Counted from the stretch's first letter, positions 29,908-39,372 are shown. The stretch is DNA of 64,000 nt from Acidimicrobiia bacterium (GCA_046331125.1 JAXLRL010000016.1:930-64929); one strand, 5' to 3'. Notes: generated by a model not told the origin, from the sequence alone. Translations and numbers: made by a program.

Positions 29908-29922
29908 CCCGCCTCCTCGCCG

Positions 29923-30440
29923 TCACGCTCCCGCGCCGCCTCCGCGCGCGCGCCGGCGAGCTGCTCAGGCCCGGGCCACGCGGAACGGATCGTCCCCACC
30001 GGGACGCCGCACACTGCGGCGGCCTCCTCGTAGGAGCAGCCGACCACCCGCGGAGCACGAACGCAGGCGGTCGTCGGGCAGGGCGTCGACGAGGTCCTGC
30101 ACCGTGGTGACCCCCTGCGGATCGGCGGCGAGCGCGGTGCTGCGAGGGGTGGCGGTCGAGCAGGCCGGCCAGTTGAGGCGGCGGCGGTGCACCTGACCGC
30201 GACGTCGGAGCATATCGCCCGCCGGGCGATGGCGAGGAGCCAGGTGCGGGCGGAGGCGTCGCCGCGGTAGCCGGCAGGGCGCCAGGCCCGGACGAACACG
30301 TCCTGGGTCACGTCGTCGGCGTCGTCGCTTCCCACGAGGGTGACGTCAACCGCCAGACGTCGGCCTGCCCGGCCCGATGGCCTGCAGCAGTGCGCCAGGT
30401 CGCTGTCGGCGGTGAGGAAGAGTTGCGCGGTACTGTCCAC
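29923..30440 (-). pseudogene. ECF (sigma-70 family, group 4) sigma factor, frameshifted
   Basis: Region 2 (DADDVTQDVFVRAWR) and region 4 (CSYEEAAAVCGVPVGTIRS) lie in ORF 29703..30521. LPDDRLR lies in ORF 29965..30213. The start (GTG 30440) and the stop are tentative. Confidence 0.6.
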
Positions 30441-30493
30441 CGTCGGCGACGATACCGGCGGAACTTCTCGACCTCCCAGCCGACAGAAGGGGC

Positions 30494-31095
30494 ATGAGCT
30501 GCACGCAGATCCGTGACGCACTGTCGGCGCGCCTCGACGGCGAGGACCCCGGCGTTCGACGAGTCCACCCTGTACGCCTCACCTCGCGGTGTGCGACCCT
30601 GCCGGCCTTCGCCCACGACGCCGAGGACCTCCATCGCGCGGTGCGGCTGGAACCGGCCCCGGCGATCCCCTCGACCTCGCTCGTTGTCCTGGCCGGCATC
30701 GGCGACGAGACCCTCGCCGCCCGCGCCTCGAACCCGGCCCGCGACTCCCGTGAACGTGCTGCGGTGGGTGCTGGTGGCGCTGGCCGTCGTGCAGATCGCG
30801 GTGGCGATCCCGGCCCTGTTGGGCAACGACGCCGGCCTGCCGGTGCACACGGCCCGGCACCTCGGGTCGATCGACCTCGCCCTCGGCCTCGGCTTCCTCT
30901 ACGCAGCTCGAGGACTGCGGCGCATCGCGGATGCTGCCGATCGTGGCCGCCCTGGTGCTGCCCTGGTCGCGCCGCTGGTCGACGTGGCCTGGGAACGCCG
31001 CGGTGGGGGAGAGCCACCACCTCGCCGATCTCGGCGGGCTGCTGGTGATGTGGCTGATCGGCCGGGAGGCGACCCACGCCGTAGCGTTGGCGTGA
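30494..31095 (+). pseudogene. zf-HC2-type anti-sigma factor with TM segments, frameshifted
   Basis: MSCTQIRDALSARLDGEDPG, followed by NVLRWVLVALAVVQIAVAIPALLGNDAGLPVHTARHLGSIDLALGLGFLY in a second frame. Divergent from the ECF sigma gene. Confidence 0.55.
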
Positions 31096-32905
31096 TGCGA
31101 CTGCCTGTCCGCCTGCTGTCGCGCCACGGCGCTGGGTCTCCTCGCGCTCGCGATCGTCGCGGCGCTGGCCGTGCCGGCCTCGGCCCACGCGTCGCTGCTC
31201 TCCACCGAGCCGTCGCCCGACGGGGTCTACGCGTCCTCGCCGTCGGCCATCACCCTGCGCTTCAGCGAGCCGGTGGAGGTCACGCTCGGTGGCGTGAGGG
31301 TGTTCGACGCGAAGACGGAGAAGCGCGTCGACAACGGTCCGGCCGAACACCCGAACGGCGACGGCACCTACGTCACGAGCGATCTGCCGAAGCTCGGGAA
31401 CGGCACGTACGTCGTCACGTGGCGGGTGGTCTCCCAGGACTCGCACCCCATCGAGGGTGCGTTCACGTTCCAGGTGGGGCCCAAGGCCAGCGTCTCGAAC
31501 GCACAGGGTGTCGCGACCACGCTGCCGAGACCAGCAAGGGTACTCCAGCAGTCGGCATCATCTACGGTTCCAGCAAGCCATCCTCTACGCGCCCTCGCTG
31601 CTCATCGGTGGCGTCGTTCGTCGTGTTCCTGTGGCCGAGCGGCCGCGCCGACCTGCTGCAGCCAAGGGATCGTGCTCGGCGGTTGGCTCGCCGCGGTGGT
31701 CGCCACGATCGTCGGCATCGCGCCCGAGGGCGTGTACGGCGTGCAGCTCGGCCTGTCGAAGGTGTTCGACCGTTGCGTTCGGCGACGTGATCGACACCCG
31801 CTACGGGCACATCGCCCTCGTGCGGATCGCACCAGTTGCGTGCGCCCTCCTCCTGTGGGTCGTGTTCGGCCGTGCGGGTAGCGGGCGAAGTGGCCGTTGC
31901 CGGTGGATCGTGCCGGCCGTTGGTCGCGATCGGGTTGTCGCTCACCCCGGCCCTTGCGGGCACGCGGCCCACGGGCATCCAGACCGATCTCGCCATCCCG
32001 CTCGACGAGTTGCACGTGCTCGCGATGGCGGTGTGGCTCTCGGCGGCCTGGTGGTGCTCGTCGCTGCGCGGCCGTTGCTGGCGGATACGGCGGAGATGCG
32101 GATGCGTTGCCGCGGTGGTCCACCACGCCTCGGGTGCGGGTCGTGCCGGTGGTCACGGGCATCTACCAGTCGGCGTCAGGTCGGCAGCATCGACGTTGCG
32201 CAACACCGACTCCGGTCGCCTGCTCATCGCGGTCATCGCCCGTGGTGCTGGTGGTCGCCGCCTTTGCGCGACGTCGTGAACCGTCGCTACCGCGAGTACG
32301 ACGACGACTTCGCAGTCGACGACGCGCTCGCCGCCGCACGCGAGGAGTTCGAGGTGCCCGTCGCCGTCGGCGCGGGATGGCGTCGGATCTCGACCTGACC
32401 CGCCTCGCGCCGGCGCCGGGCGACGCGCCCGCTGCCGGATCCCGACGAGCCCGACGAGTTCGGCCGCACCGAGGCCGGTGAGCAGAAGCGATCGCGCCGC
32501 ACCGTGGATCGAGGTGCTGCTGATGGTCGCGGTGTTCGGCGGTCGCCGCGCCGGTGAACGGCGCTTCCGGCCGCACCACCAGCACGCGCCAGTTCTCTAC
32601 GTTGAAGACCGATGTACGGTTCGATGTCACGATTGCCCCGGGTCGGCGGGGCCGAACGACGTCCACATCACCGCGCCGTCGACTGGAGGCGGGCTCTACC
32701 CAGGTGCAGAAGATCACGGTGCAGCTCACCCAGCCCGGTCGCGACCTCCTGCTGTTCGATGCGCCGATGCAGGAGCCTCGGCACCAACCACTACTACGCG
32801 CCGCAGTTCGACATCCCGTACCCGGGCGCCTGGAAGATCACCATCCGCGCGCAGGTCAGCGAGGTCGACGAGACGGTCGCGACCGGGAGGTTCACGCTGC
32901 GGTGA
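31095..32905 (+). pseudogene. CopC-CopD-YtkA/FixH-like fused copper resistance protein, many frameshifts
   Basis: The CopC domain (HASLLSTEPSPDGVY..VVTWRVVSQDSHPIEGAFTF) lies in ORF 31171..31881. CopD-like TM stretches are spread over three frames. The C-terminal LGTNHYYAPQFDIPYPGAWKITIRAQV lies in ORF 32612..32905. Confidence 0.7.
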
Positions 32906-33522
32906 TGCCGAAGGTCGAGACCGCGAACAACTTCTACCTGGTGCTCGCGCTGTTCGCCGACGTGGTCGTGCTCCTCGCGACGCGTCTGCGCCTGCGGCGC
33001 TGGTGTCGAAGCGCGCACGCGAGGTCGCCACCGGCATCGCCGCGGCGTCGTTTCCCACGCCAACCTGCTCGGCTTCGTGGTCGCTGGTCACGACCACGGG
33101 CAGCCTCTACTACTCGGAGCAGGCGGGTTCGATCCCCGCCAGCTGTGCTGGTACCAGCGGATCCTGATGTACCCGCTCGTGTTCGTGCTCGGCGTGGCCG
33201 GTGCCTGGAAGGACCGGCGGGCGTGGATGACCGCGCCAAGCTGTTCGTGGTCGTGGGCGCGGCGTGTCCACCTACCACTGGCTCGTGGAGCGGGTGCCCG
33301 CCTGCCGAGACGGCGCCCTGCTCGCCCGAGGCGCCGTGCACTGCCCCGTGGTTCGAGAAGCTGGGGTTCGTGACCCTGGCCTGGATGGCGCTCAGCGGGT
33401 TCCTCCTCATCGGAACTCTGATGGTGTGCCAGATCGTTGGGAACAGAGTGGCGGCGACCCCCGGCGCCACGGACGAGGACGACGACGAGCGCGACGAGCG
33501 CGAGATGGAGACCGTGTCATGA
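32905..33522 (+). pseudogene. DsbB/BdbC-like disulfide oxidoreductase, central part out of frame
   Basis: The start (MPKVETANNFYLVLALFADVVVLLAT) and end (PWFEKLGFVTLAWMALSGFLLIGTLMV) share one frame. TGSLYYSEQAG and GFDPRQLCWYQRILMYPLVFVLG lie in two other frames. Confidence 0.6.
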
Positions 33523-34224
33523 GCAACAAGCACTCCCGGGCCGCGATGGCCGCCCGGCACCGCCGCAACCAGTGGCTGATCTGGGGCGGCGTCGCCGTCG
33601 CCGCCGATCCTCGTACGGGCTCCCTGTCGCGTCCGGTGGCAGCGACGACTCGTCGAAGGCGTCGAAGAGCAGCGGCACCGAGACGGCGCCCGTCACCGTG
33701 TCGGGTACGAAGCTCCCGGCGTTCACCGACGCGTCCACCGACCTCGCGGTCGGGGAGACCATGCCCACGCTCACCGGCAAGTCGCTCTCGGGCGGTGGTG
33801 TCGAGGTCGCGCCCAACGGCAACCCGCAGATGCTCGTGTTCGTCGCCCACTGGTGCCCGCACTGCCAGGCCGAGGTGCCCCGCATCGTCACGCTCGCGAA
33901 CGACGGCGTGTTCGACGGCGTCGACGTCACCGCGATCGCGACCGGCACCAACTCGGGCTACCCGAACTACCCGCCGTCGTCGTGGCTCGAGCGCGAGAAG
34001 TGGCCCTTCGACGTGATGGCCGACTCGACGACGTTCACCGCGGCCAAGGCCTACGGGCTCGCGTCGTACCCCTACATCGTGTTCGTCGACAAGGACGGCA
34101 AGATCGCCGGCTGCACGAGCGGCGAGATCGCGCCGGCCGACCTCACGAAGATGGTCGAAGTGATCAAGGCCGGCGAGCCGATCCCGGGGTGTCGCCTCGG
34201 CGCGCGCCCTCGTCGGCGAACTGA
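33519..34224 (+). pseudogene. TlpA/ResA-like membrane-anchored thioredoxin, frameshifted
   Basis: MSNKHSRAAMAARHRRNQWLIWGGVAVAA lies in one frame. FVAHWCPHCQAEVP...YPYIVFVDKDGKI lies in ORF 33437..34399. The stop is probably the TGA at 34224, in a third frame. Confidence 0.65.
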
Positions 34225-34228
34225 GGCG

Positions 34229-34659
34229 TCAGCCGCAGTCGCGGCAGAGGCCGACGAGGTCGATGCGGTGGTGCTGCGTGGTGAAGCCCGTCGTGCGGGT
34301 GATCTCCAAGGCCGCCGCGGCGAGCGACTGCTCCACCCGGCCGACGCCGGGACGTCGTCGACACGACCGCACTTGGTGCAGATCGTGCGATGGTGGTGAT
34401 CAGCGAGGTCCTCGGCGAGCTCCCAGCGCGCGAACTCGTCGGTGCCGATCACGCGGTGCACGATCCCGGCCTCCTCGAGCACGACGAGGTTGCGGTACGC
34501 GGAGCTCTGCGCGAGCTCGGGGCGGAGGTCGCGGATCGCGGGGATGGTGAGCGGGCCGGGCGCGTCCGCGAGCGCCTCCACGAGTGCCTGCCGGCTCGGT
34601 GTGAGGCGTTGGCCGACGTCGCGCAGTCGCGTCGACGCGGTCTCGAGCACCTCACCCAT
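34229..34659 (-). pseudogene. Fur-family metalloregulator, frameshift near 34330-34345
   Basis: MGEVLETASTRLRDVGQRLTPSRQALVEAL...DHHHRTICTKCGRVDDV is followed by ...HRIDLVGLCRDCG-TGA in another frame. The length of 431 nt is not a multiple of 3. Confidence 0.7.
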
Positions 34660-34696
34660 GGCCGCCGAGTGTACGTGTAGCGTCGCGACGGTGGAC

Positions 34697-35485
34697 ATGA
34701 CGGACCGGTTCACCGAGCTCGTGAATCGGCCCGAGGCCGAGATCCCGCTCGACGAGACCGCGCTCGTGATCGCGGCGCACGCGCACCCGGAGCTCGACAT
34801 CGAGGTACGCCTGAGCGAGCTCGACGCACTCGCGGGTGGCGCCGCCGACGCCGGCATCACCCCCGGGAGCGACGCCCCCACGCAGCTCGCGCACCACCTC
34901 TTCGTCGACCTCGGCTTCACCGGCAACCGCGAGGACTACACCGACCCCGAGAACTCCTACCTCGACGCGGTGCTCGACCGCCGCATCGGCATCCCGATCA
35001 CGCTCAGCGTGGTGATGATGGAGGTGGGCCGCCGCCTCGACTTCCCGCTCCGCGGGGTGGGCATGCCCGGGCACTTCCTCGTCGGCGGTGGCGCGGGCGA
35101 GTGGTTCGACCCGTTCAACGGCGGTGAGCGCCTCGACCTCAACGGCTGCGCGGCGCGCTTCGCCGAGACGCAGAACGCGGCGGCCTTCCGCCCGCAGCAC
35201 CTGCGCCCGGTCGGCGCGCTGCGCATCGTCGAGCGCATGCTGGCGAACCTGCAGCACACGATGTTGCAGGACAAGTCGCCCGACGCGGTGTGGGTGACGC
35301 GTCTGCGCCTGCGCATCCCAGACATCTCGCTGAGCCTGCGGGGCCAGCTCGCCGGGGTGCTCGGCAACTTCGGCCACTTCGGCGAGGCCGCGCGCGAGCT
35401 CGACGTCCTCGCGCGTCAGCTTCCCGGCGACGGTGGCAAGCAGGCAGCCGACGCGGCGACACGCTTCCGCGCCCGCACGAACTGA
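34697..35485 (+). CDS. Transglutaminase-like (SirB1 N-terminal) plus TPR-like protein
   Basis: YTDPENSYLDAVLDRRIGIPITLSVVMMEVGRRLDFPLRGVGMPGHFLV. Confidence 0.65.
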   Translation: MTDRFTELVNRPEAEIPLDETALVIAAHAHPELDIEVRLSELDALAGGAADAGITPGSDAPTQLAHHLFVDLGFTGNREDYTDPENSYLDAVLDRRIGIPITLSVVMMEVGRRLDFPLRGVGMPGHFLVGGGAGEWFDPFNGGERLDLNGCAARFAETQNAAAFRPQHLRPVGALRIVERMLANLQHTMLQDKSPDAVWVTRLRLRIPDISLSLRGQLAGVLGNFGHFGEAARELDVLARQLPGDGGKQAADAATRFRARTN

Positions 35486-35512
35486 GCGGCACCCGGCCGG
35501 TACCGTGACGGG

Positions 35513-36145
35513 ATGGCCGAGCGAGGGTTGCCGATGTTCCCGTTGGGGACGGTGCTCTTCCCGCACGCGGTGCTCCCGCTCCATCTCTTCGAGGAGCGCT
35601 ACCGACTGCTCGCTGAGACCTGCCTGCGCGGCGACGGTCGCTTCGGGGTCGTCCTGATCGAGCGCGGCTACGAGGTGGGTGGCGGCGACACGCGCTTCGC
35701 GGTCGGCACCGTCGCGCGCATCGTGGAGGCCGCGCGCACGCCCGACGGCCGGTTCCTGCTCGCGACGGTCGGCACCGAACGGCTGCGCGTGCGCAAGTGG
35801 CTCGACGACGACCCGTTCCCGCGCGCCGACGTCGACCTCCTCTCCGACGCGCGGGTCAAGGACACCGCACGCGCCGGCGAGCTGCGTGCCTCGGTGCAGA
35901 AGCTGCTCACCCGGGTGCTCGCGATGAGCGCCGAGCTGGGCGACCGCGCGGCGCCGGTCGACGCGGCCACCCTCGACGACGATCCCGCGCGTGCCTCCTA
36001 CGAGGCGGCGGCCCTCGCCCCCGTCGGCCCGCTCGACGCGCAGCGCCTGCTCGAGCTCGACGACCCGCTCGCGCGGCTCGCGGAGCTCGAGGTGGTCCTC
36101 GCCGACACGGCCGAGCTCCTGCAGCTTCGGCTGGCCGCCGGGTGA
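35513..36145 (+). CDS. LON N-terminal substrate-binding domain protein
   Basis: LPMFPLGTVLFPHAVLPLHLFEERYRLL...GTVARIVE. 210 aa. Confidence 0.8.
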   Translation: MAERGLPMFPLGTVLFPHAVLPLHLFEERYRLLAETCLRGDGRFGVVLIERGYEVGGGDTRFAVGTVARIVEAARTPDGRFLLATVGTERLRVRKWLDDDPFPRADVDLLSDARVKDTARAGELRASVQKLLTRVLAMSAELGDRAAPVDAATLDDDPARASYEAAALAPVGPLDAQRLLELDDPLARLAELEVVLADTAELLQLRLAAG

Positions 36146-36162
36146 GCGGTAGATTCCGGGAC

Positions 36163-36519
36163 GTGACTGCACCGATCGATCCCGAACTGGCCCGAGCGCG
36201 CATCGCCGACGAGCAGGCGCGCGTCGAGGGGCTCATCTCCGGCCTCCGCGAGGAGCTCGGCACCTCCGAGAACGAGGACGTCTCGGAGCTGAGCGACTAC
36301 GACCAGCACCCCGCCGACCTCGGCACGGAGACCTTCGAGCGCGAGAAGGACCTCTCGATCCTCGAGCAGCTCGAGGCCGAGCTCTCGGAGCTGCAGGCCG
36401 CGCTCGAGCGCATCGACAACGGCACGTACGGCATCGACGAGGTCACCGGCGAGCCCATCGCACCCGAGCGCCTCGAGGCCCTGCCGGCCGCGCGCACCAA
36501 CGTCGACACCGAGCACTGA
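36163..36519 (+). CDS. DksA/TraR-like protein lacking the four zinc-finger cysteines
   Basis: GTG 36163. Coiled-coil DYDQHPADLGTETFEREKDLSILEQLEAEL, then RIDNGTYGIDEVTGEPIAPERLEALPAARTNVDTEH where CxxC...CxxC would be expected. Confidence 0.55.
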   Translation: MTAPIDPELARARIADEQARVEGLISGLREELGTSENEDVSELSDYDQHPADLGTETFEREKDLSILEQLEAELSELQAALERIDNGTYGIDEVTGEPIAPERLEALPAARTNVDTEH

Positions 36520-36529
36520 GGCGGCGGCG

Positions 36530-36790
36530 CTGAGCGCGACCGTCCGCCTGCGCCTGTTCGCCCAGGCCCGCGACGCCGCGGGCGTCACCGCCGACGACTT
36601 CACCCTGCCCGACCCGGCGACCGTGGCCGCGCTCGTCGACGACGCGATCGCGCGCTACGGCGCCGAGTTCGCCGCGGTGCTCGACACCGCACGCGTGTGG
36701 GTCAACGGCGACGAACCGCTCGACGGCCCCGCCACCCTTCTCCACGACGACGACGAGGTCGCCGTCCTCCCCCCTGTCTCCGGCGGCTGA
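36530..36790 (+). CDS. MoaD/ThiS-family sulfur-carrier-like ORF (start codon unresolved)
   Basis: My translation reads ..TVRLRLFAQARDAAGV...VWVNGDEPLDGPATLLHDDDEVAVLPPVSGG-TGA. No in-frame ATG/GTG/TTG lies upstream, only CTG 36530. It is absent from the ORF track. Confidence 0.45.
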   Translation: MSATVRLRLFAQARDAAGVTADDFTLPDPATVAALVDDAIARYGAEFAAVLDTARVWVNGDEPLDGPATLLHDDDEVAVLPPVSGG

Positions 36791-36876
36791 CGCGACCTAG
36801 GTGTCGCGCGGGCCAGCAACCCGCGGCGACGGAGTCGAGCGGAGCGAGCGAGTCGCTCGCCAGCGAGCGAGCGCCC

Positions 36877-36899
36877 GCGGCGCAGGTACCCTGCGCCGC
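36877..36899. terminator. Bidirectional hairpin between convergent genes
   Basis: GCGGCGCAGG-tac-CCTGCGCCGC (10-bp perfect stem), 15 nt past the reductase stop. Further palindromes lie at 36791-36808 and 36844-36870. Confidence 0.5.
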
Positions 36900-36913
36900 A
36901 GCGAGGGAGCGAT

Positions 36914-38182
36914 CTAAGACGGGTCGGGCAGGGTGGCGACGAGCGCGGCGACCATCTTGTAAGCCGCTTCGGCGGGGCCGAGCTCGTCGGCGCGCAGCAG
37001 GTTGGCCAGGATGCGCAGCACCCACTCCATGAGCGTGCGCGACTGCATGCCGATGCGGGTGAGCTCGCGCATCACCGTCGGGTTGCCGATGGCCTTCACG
37101 AACGCCCGGGCGACCCGCCAGTAGAGGCCGTAGATCTCCTCGAGCCGCTCCGGGTAGCGCGCCAGCGCGAGCCCGTCGCCGGTGCGCAGCGCCTCCGACA
37201 CCGACTCCGCCGCCAGGCGCCCCGTCTCGTACGCGAGCGAGATGCCCTCGCCGTTGAACGGGTTGACCGAGCCCGCGGCGTCGCCGACGGTGAGCCAGGT
37301 GGGCCCGATGTTGGGCGTGACCGATCCGCCGGTGGGCAACTTGCCGCCGGTGAACGCCCCGCACGACGTGTCGGGGGAGATGCCCCAGCGCGCCGGCGCG
37401 GTGTCGCAGAACGCCTCCATCAGCCGGCTGGTGTTGATGTCCTTCCAGCCCGAGAAGGTGGAGAGGAGGCCCACGCCGACGTTCACGGTGCCGTCGCCCA
37501 CGGGGAAGATCCAGCCGTACCCGGGGAGGTGGTTGCCGTCGCGGTCGCGGATGTCGAGGTGGCTCTCGATCCAGGGCTCGTCGTGGTGGGGGCTGCGGAA
37601 GTAGCCGCGCACGGCCATCCCGAGCGGGTAGCTGCGGTCGCGGCTGGTGCCGAGCGCCCGGCCGAACCGGGAGTTGGCGCCGTCGGCGACCACCACGTAG
37701 CGGGCCCGCACGGCCTGCGGTGTGCCCTCGCGCTTGACGACGGCACCCGTGACGAGGCCGCCTTCGTGCAGGGGCTCGACGGCCTCGCTGGCGGTCCAGA
37801 CCGTGGCGCCCGCCTTGGTGGCGTTGTCGGCGACCATCTGGTCGAGGTCGCGCCGGCGCATCACGTAGCCGTAGTTGGGGAAGTCGGGGTGGTCGGGCCA
37901 CTTCAGCTCGAGGGTGACCCCGTGGGCGATGGAGCGCAGCCCGTCGTAGCGGAGGCACTCGGAGAGGGGCTGGGCGAGGCCCATGTCCTCGAGCTGGCGC
38001 ACGGCCCGGGGCGTGAGCCCGTCGCCGCACGTCTTCTCACGGGGGAAGCGCTTCTTCTCGACGACGAGGACGCGGTGGCCGGCCTCGGCGAGCCAGTAGC
38101 CGCACGCCGCGCCCGACGGCCCGCCGCCGACGACCAGGACGTCCCAGACGTCGCTCGACCGATCGGTGGGGGGCGCGCTCAT
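36914..38182 (-). CDS. Geranylgeranyl reductase family FAD-dependent oxidoreductase (MenJ-like)
   Basis: WDVLVVGGGPSGAACGYWLAEAGHRVLVVEKK Rossmann motif, CGDGLTP, GDAAGSVNPFNGEGI. 422 aa. Confidence 0.85.
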   Translation of the reverse strand: MSAPPTDRSSDVWDVLVVGGGPSGAACGYWLAEAGHRVLVVEKKRFPREKTCGDGLTPRAVRQLEDMGLAQPLSECLRYDGLRSIAHGVTLELKWPDHPDFPNYGYVMRRRDLDQMVADNATKAGATVWTASEAVEPLHEGGLVTGAVVKREGTPQAVRARYVVVADGANSRFGRALGTSRDRSYPLGMAVRGYFRSPHHDEPWIESHLDIRDRDGNHLPGYGWIFPVGDGTVNVGVGLLSTFSGWKDINTSRLMEAFCDTAPARWGISPDTSCGAFTGGKLPTGGSVTPNIGPTWLTVGDAAGSVNPFNGEGISLAYETGRLAAESVSEALRTGDGLALARYPERLEEIYGLYWRVARAFVKAIGNPTVMRELTRIGMQSRTLMEWVLRILANLLRADELGPAEAAYKMVAALVATLPDPS

Positions 38183-38383
38183 CGTGCTTGTGCGCTTGTG
38201 ATCGTGGGGGTCGCCCGTCGCGGGGCCGATGCACAGGTCGTCACACCCCCATCGTCGCGCGCGGATCGTCGCGAAAACCCACCGGATCTCGTACCCACGA
38301 TGGGCAGATGCCTGGGATAGCGTGTTAGAAACCGCTGAGAACTCAGAGTCCCGTCACTGCACCCCGGAGGAGCAGGGACCAAC

Positions 38384-38929
38384 ATGGTCAACCTCATCCC
38401 CGACTGGATGCCCTGGATGCGGCCCGCAGGCCGTCTCATCTGGTCGGTCGTACTGCTCGTCATCGGCCTCGTGATCGTCGCTGTGCTGATGCACAAGCGC
38501 AGTCCCGACAAGAAGGCCACGTGGGCGGAGGCGATGGCCGGCGCGGTCGGCGTGTTCGCGTTGATGACGCTCGCGTACGCCGTGATCCCGCACGAGTGGA
38601 TCACCTACTCCGACAAGTACCTGCAGTGGGACACCACCAAGTTCGTGTTCCGCAGCAACCAGGACGTCTTCGGGCTGGGCCTCGTCAACTGGCCCTTCAA
38701 CATGGACAAGAAGGCGATCCGCGACATCGTCGCGGTCGGCATCTACGTCGTGCTGTTCGGCCTGAACCTCTACCTCTTCGCCGCCTGGCAGAAGCGCGGC
38801 GAGAAGGCCGCGGCCACCGGCGAGGAGACGCCCAAGAAGTCGCGCTTCGGCCGGCCGCTGCGTCGCAAGGCGGCGACGCCCGCTGCGGCGACGGCCACGG
38901 CCGGCGCCACCGCTGGAGGGGGTGACTGA
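38384..38929 (+). CDS. Membrane protein, first gene of the Rieske/cytochrome b6 cluster
   Basis: 181 aa, GGAGGAG RBS, 3-4 TM segments. Its stop overlaps the ferredoxin ATG (TGATG). Confidence 0.6.
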   Translation: MVNLIPDWMPWMRPAGRLIWSVVLLVIGLVIVAVLMHKRSPDKKATWAEAMAGAVGVFALMTLAYAVIPHEWITYSDKYLQWDTTKFVFRSNQDVFGLGLVNWPFNMDKKAIRDIVAVGIYVVLFGLNLYLFAAWQKRGEKAAATGEETPKKSRFGRPLRRKAATPAAATATAGATAGGGD

Positions 38930-39342
38930 TGGCCCGCACCGACGCGAACCCGGCAATGCCCGAGTTCGCCACCGACTACCAACTGCAGGAGGTGGACCCG
39001 TCGTTCCTGACGGCGTCGGTGAAGCCCAAGCAGTTCCTCCACATCGACCAGGCCGAGTGCATCATGTGCGAGGGCTGCGTCGACATCTGTCCGTGGAAGT
39101 GCATCCACATGCTGTCGGTCGACGTGATCGACGGCGCGGTCAACACCGAGAAGCCCGGTGAGGACCCCCGCGACCACGTCGCGTTCATCGTCGACGAGGA
39201 CGTCTGCACGCGCTGCGCCCTCTGCGTCGACCGCTGCCCCACCGGCGTCATCGTCCTGGGGAAGCTCTCGTCCGACGTCGCCAACGGCGACCCCCACACC
39301 CGCACGCCGCGGCACGGCTACGCCTACGGCGTGCGGTTCTGA
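38929..39342 (+). CDS. 2x[4Fe-4S] ferredoxin-domain protein
   Basis: CIMCEGCVDICP and CTRCALCVDRCP (two CxxCxxCxxxCP motifs). 137 aa. Confidence 0.85.
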   Translation: MARTDANPAMPEFATDYQLQEVDPSFLTASVKPKQFLHIDQAECIMCEGCVDICPWKCIHMLSVDVIDGAVNTEKPGEDPRDHVAFIVDEDVCTRCALCVDRCPTGVIVLGKLSSDVANGDPHTRTPRHGYAYGVRF

Positions 39343-39372
39343 GCACCACAGGTTCCGAGGGAGAACACGTTC

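Noticed and set aside
27900-34700. Programmed ribosomal frameshifting or recoding as the explanation for the broken genes.
   Set aside because: There are too many shifts per gene, in both directions, with no slippery heptamers or downstream structures. They affect unrelated genes in blocks.
38183-38383. Rex operator upstream of the cytochrome b6 cluster. The region upstream of nuoA (60248-60411) was also checked.
   Set aside because: Only partial words such as CTTGTGCGCTTGTGATC and CTGCACACAGGTGCAG are present. There is no TTGTGAA-N4-TTCACAA-like dyad.
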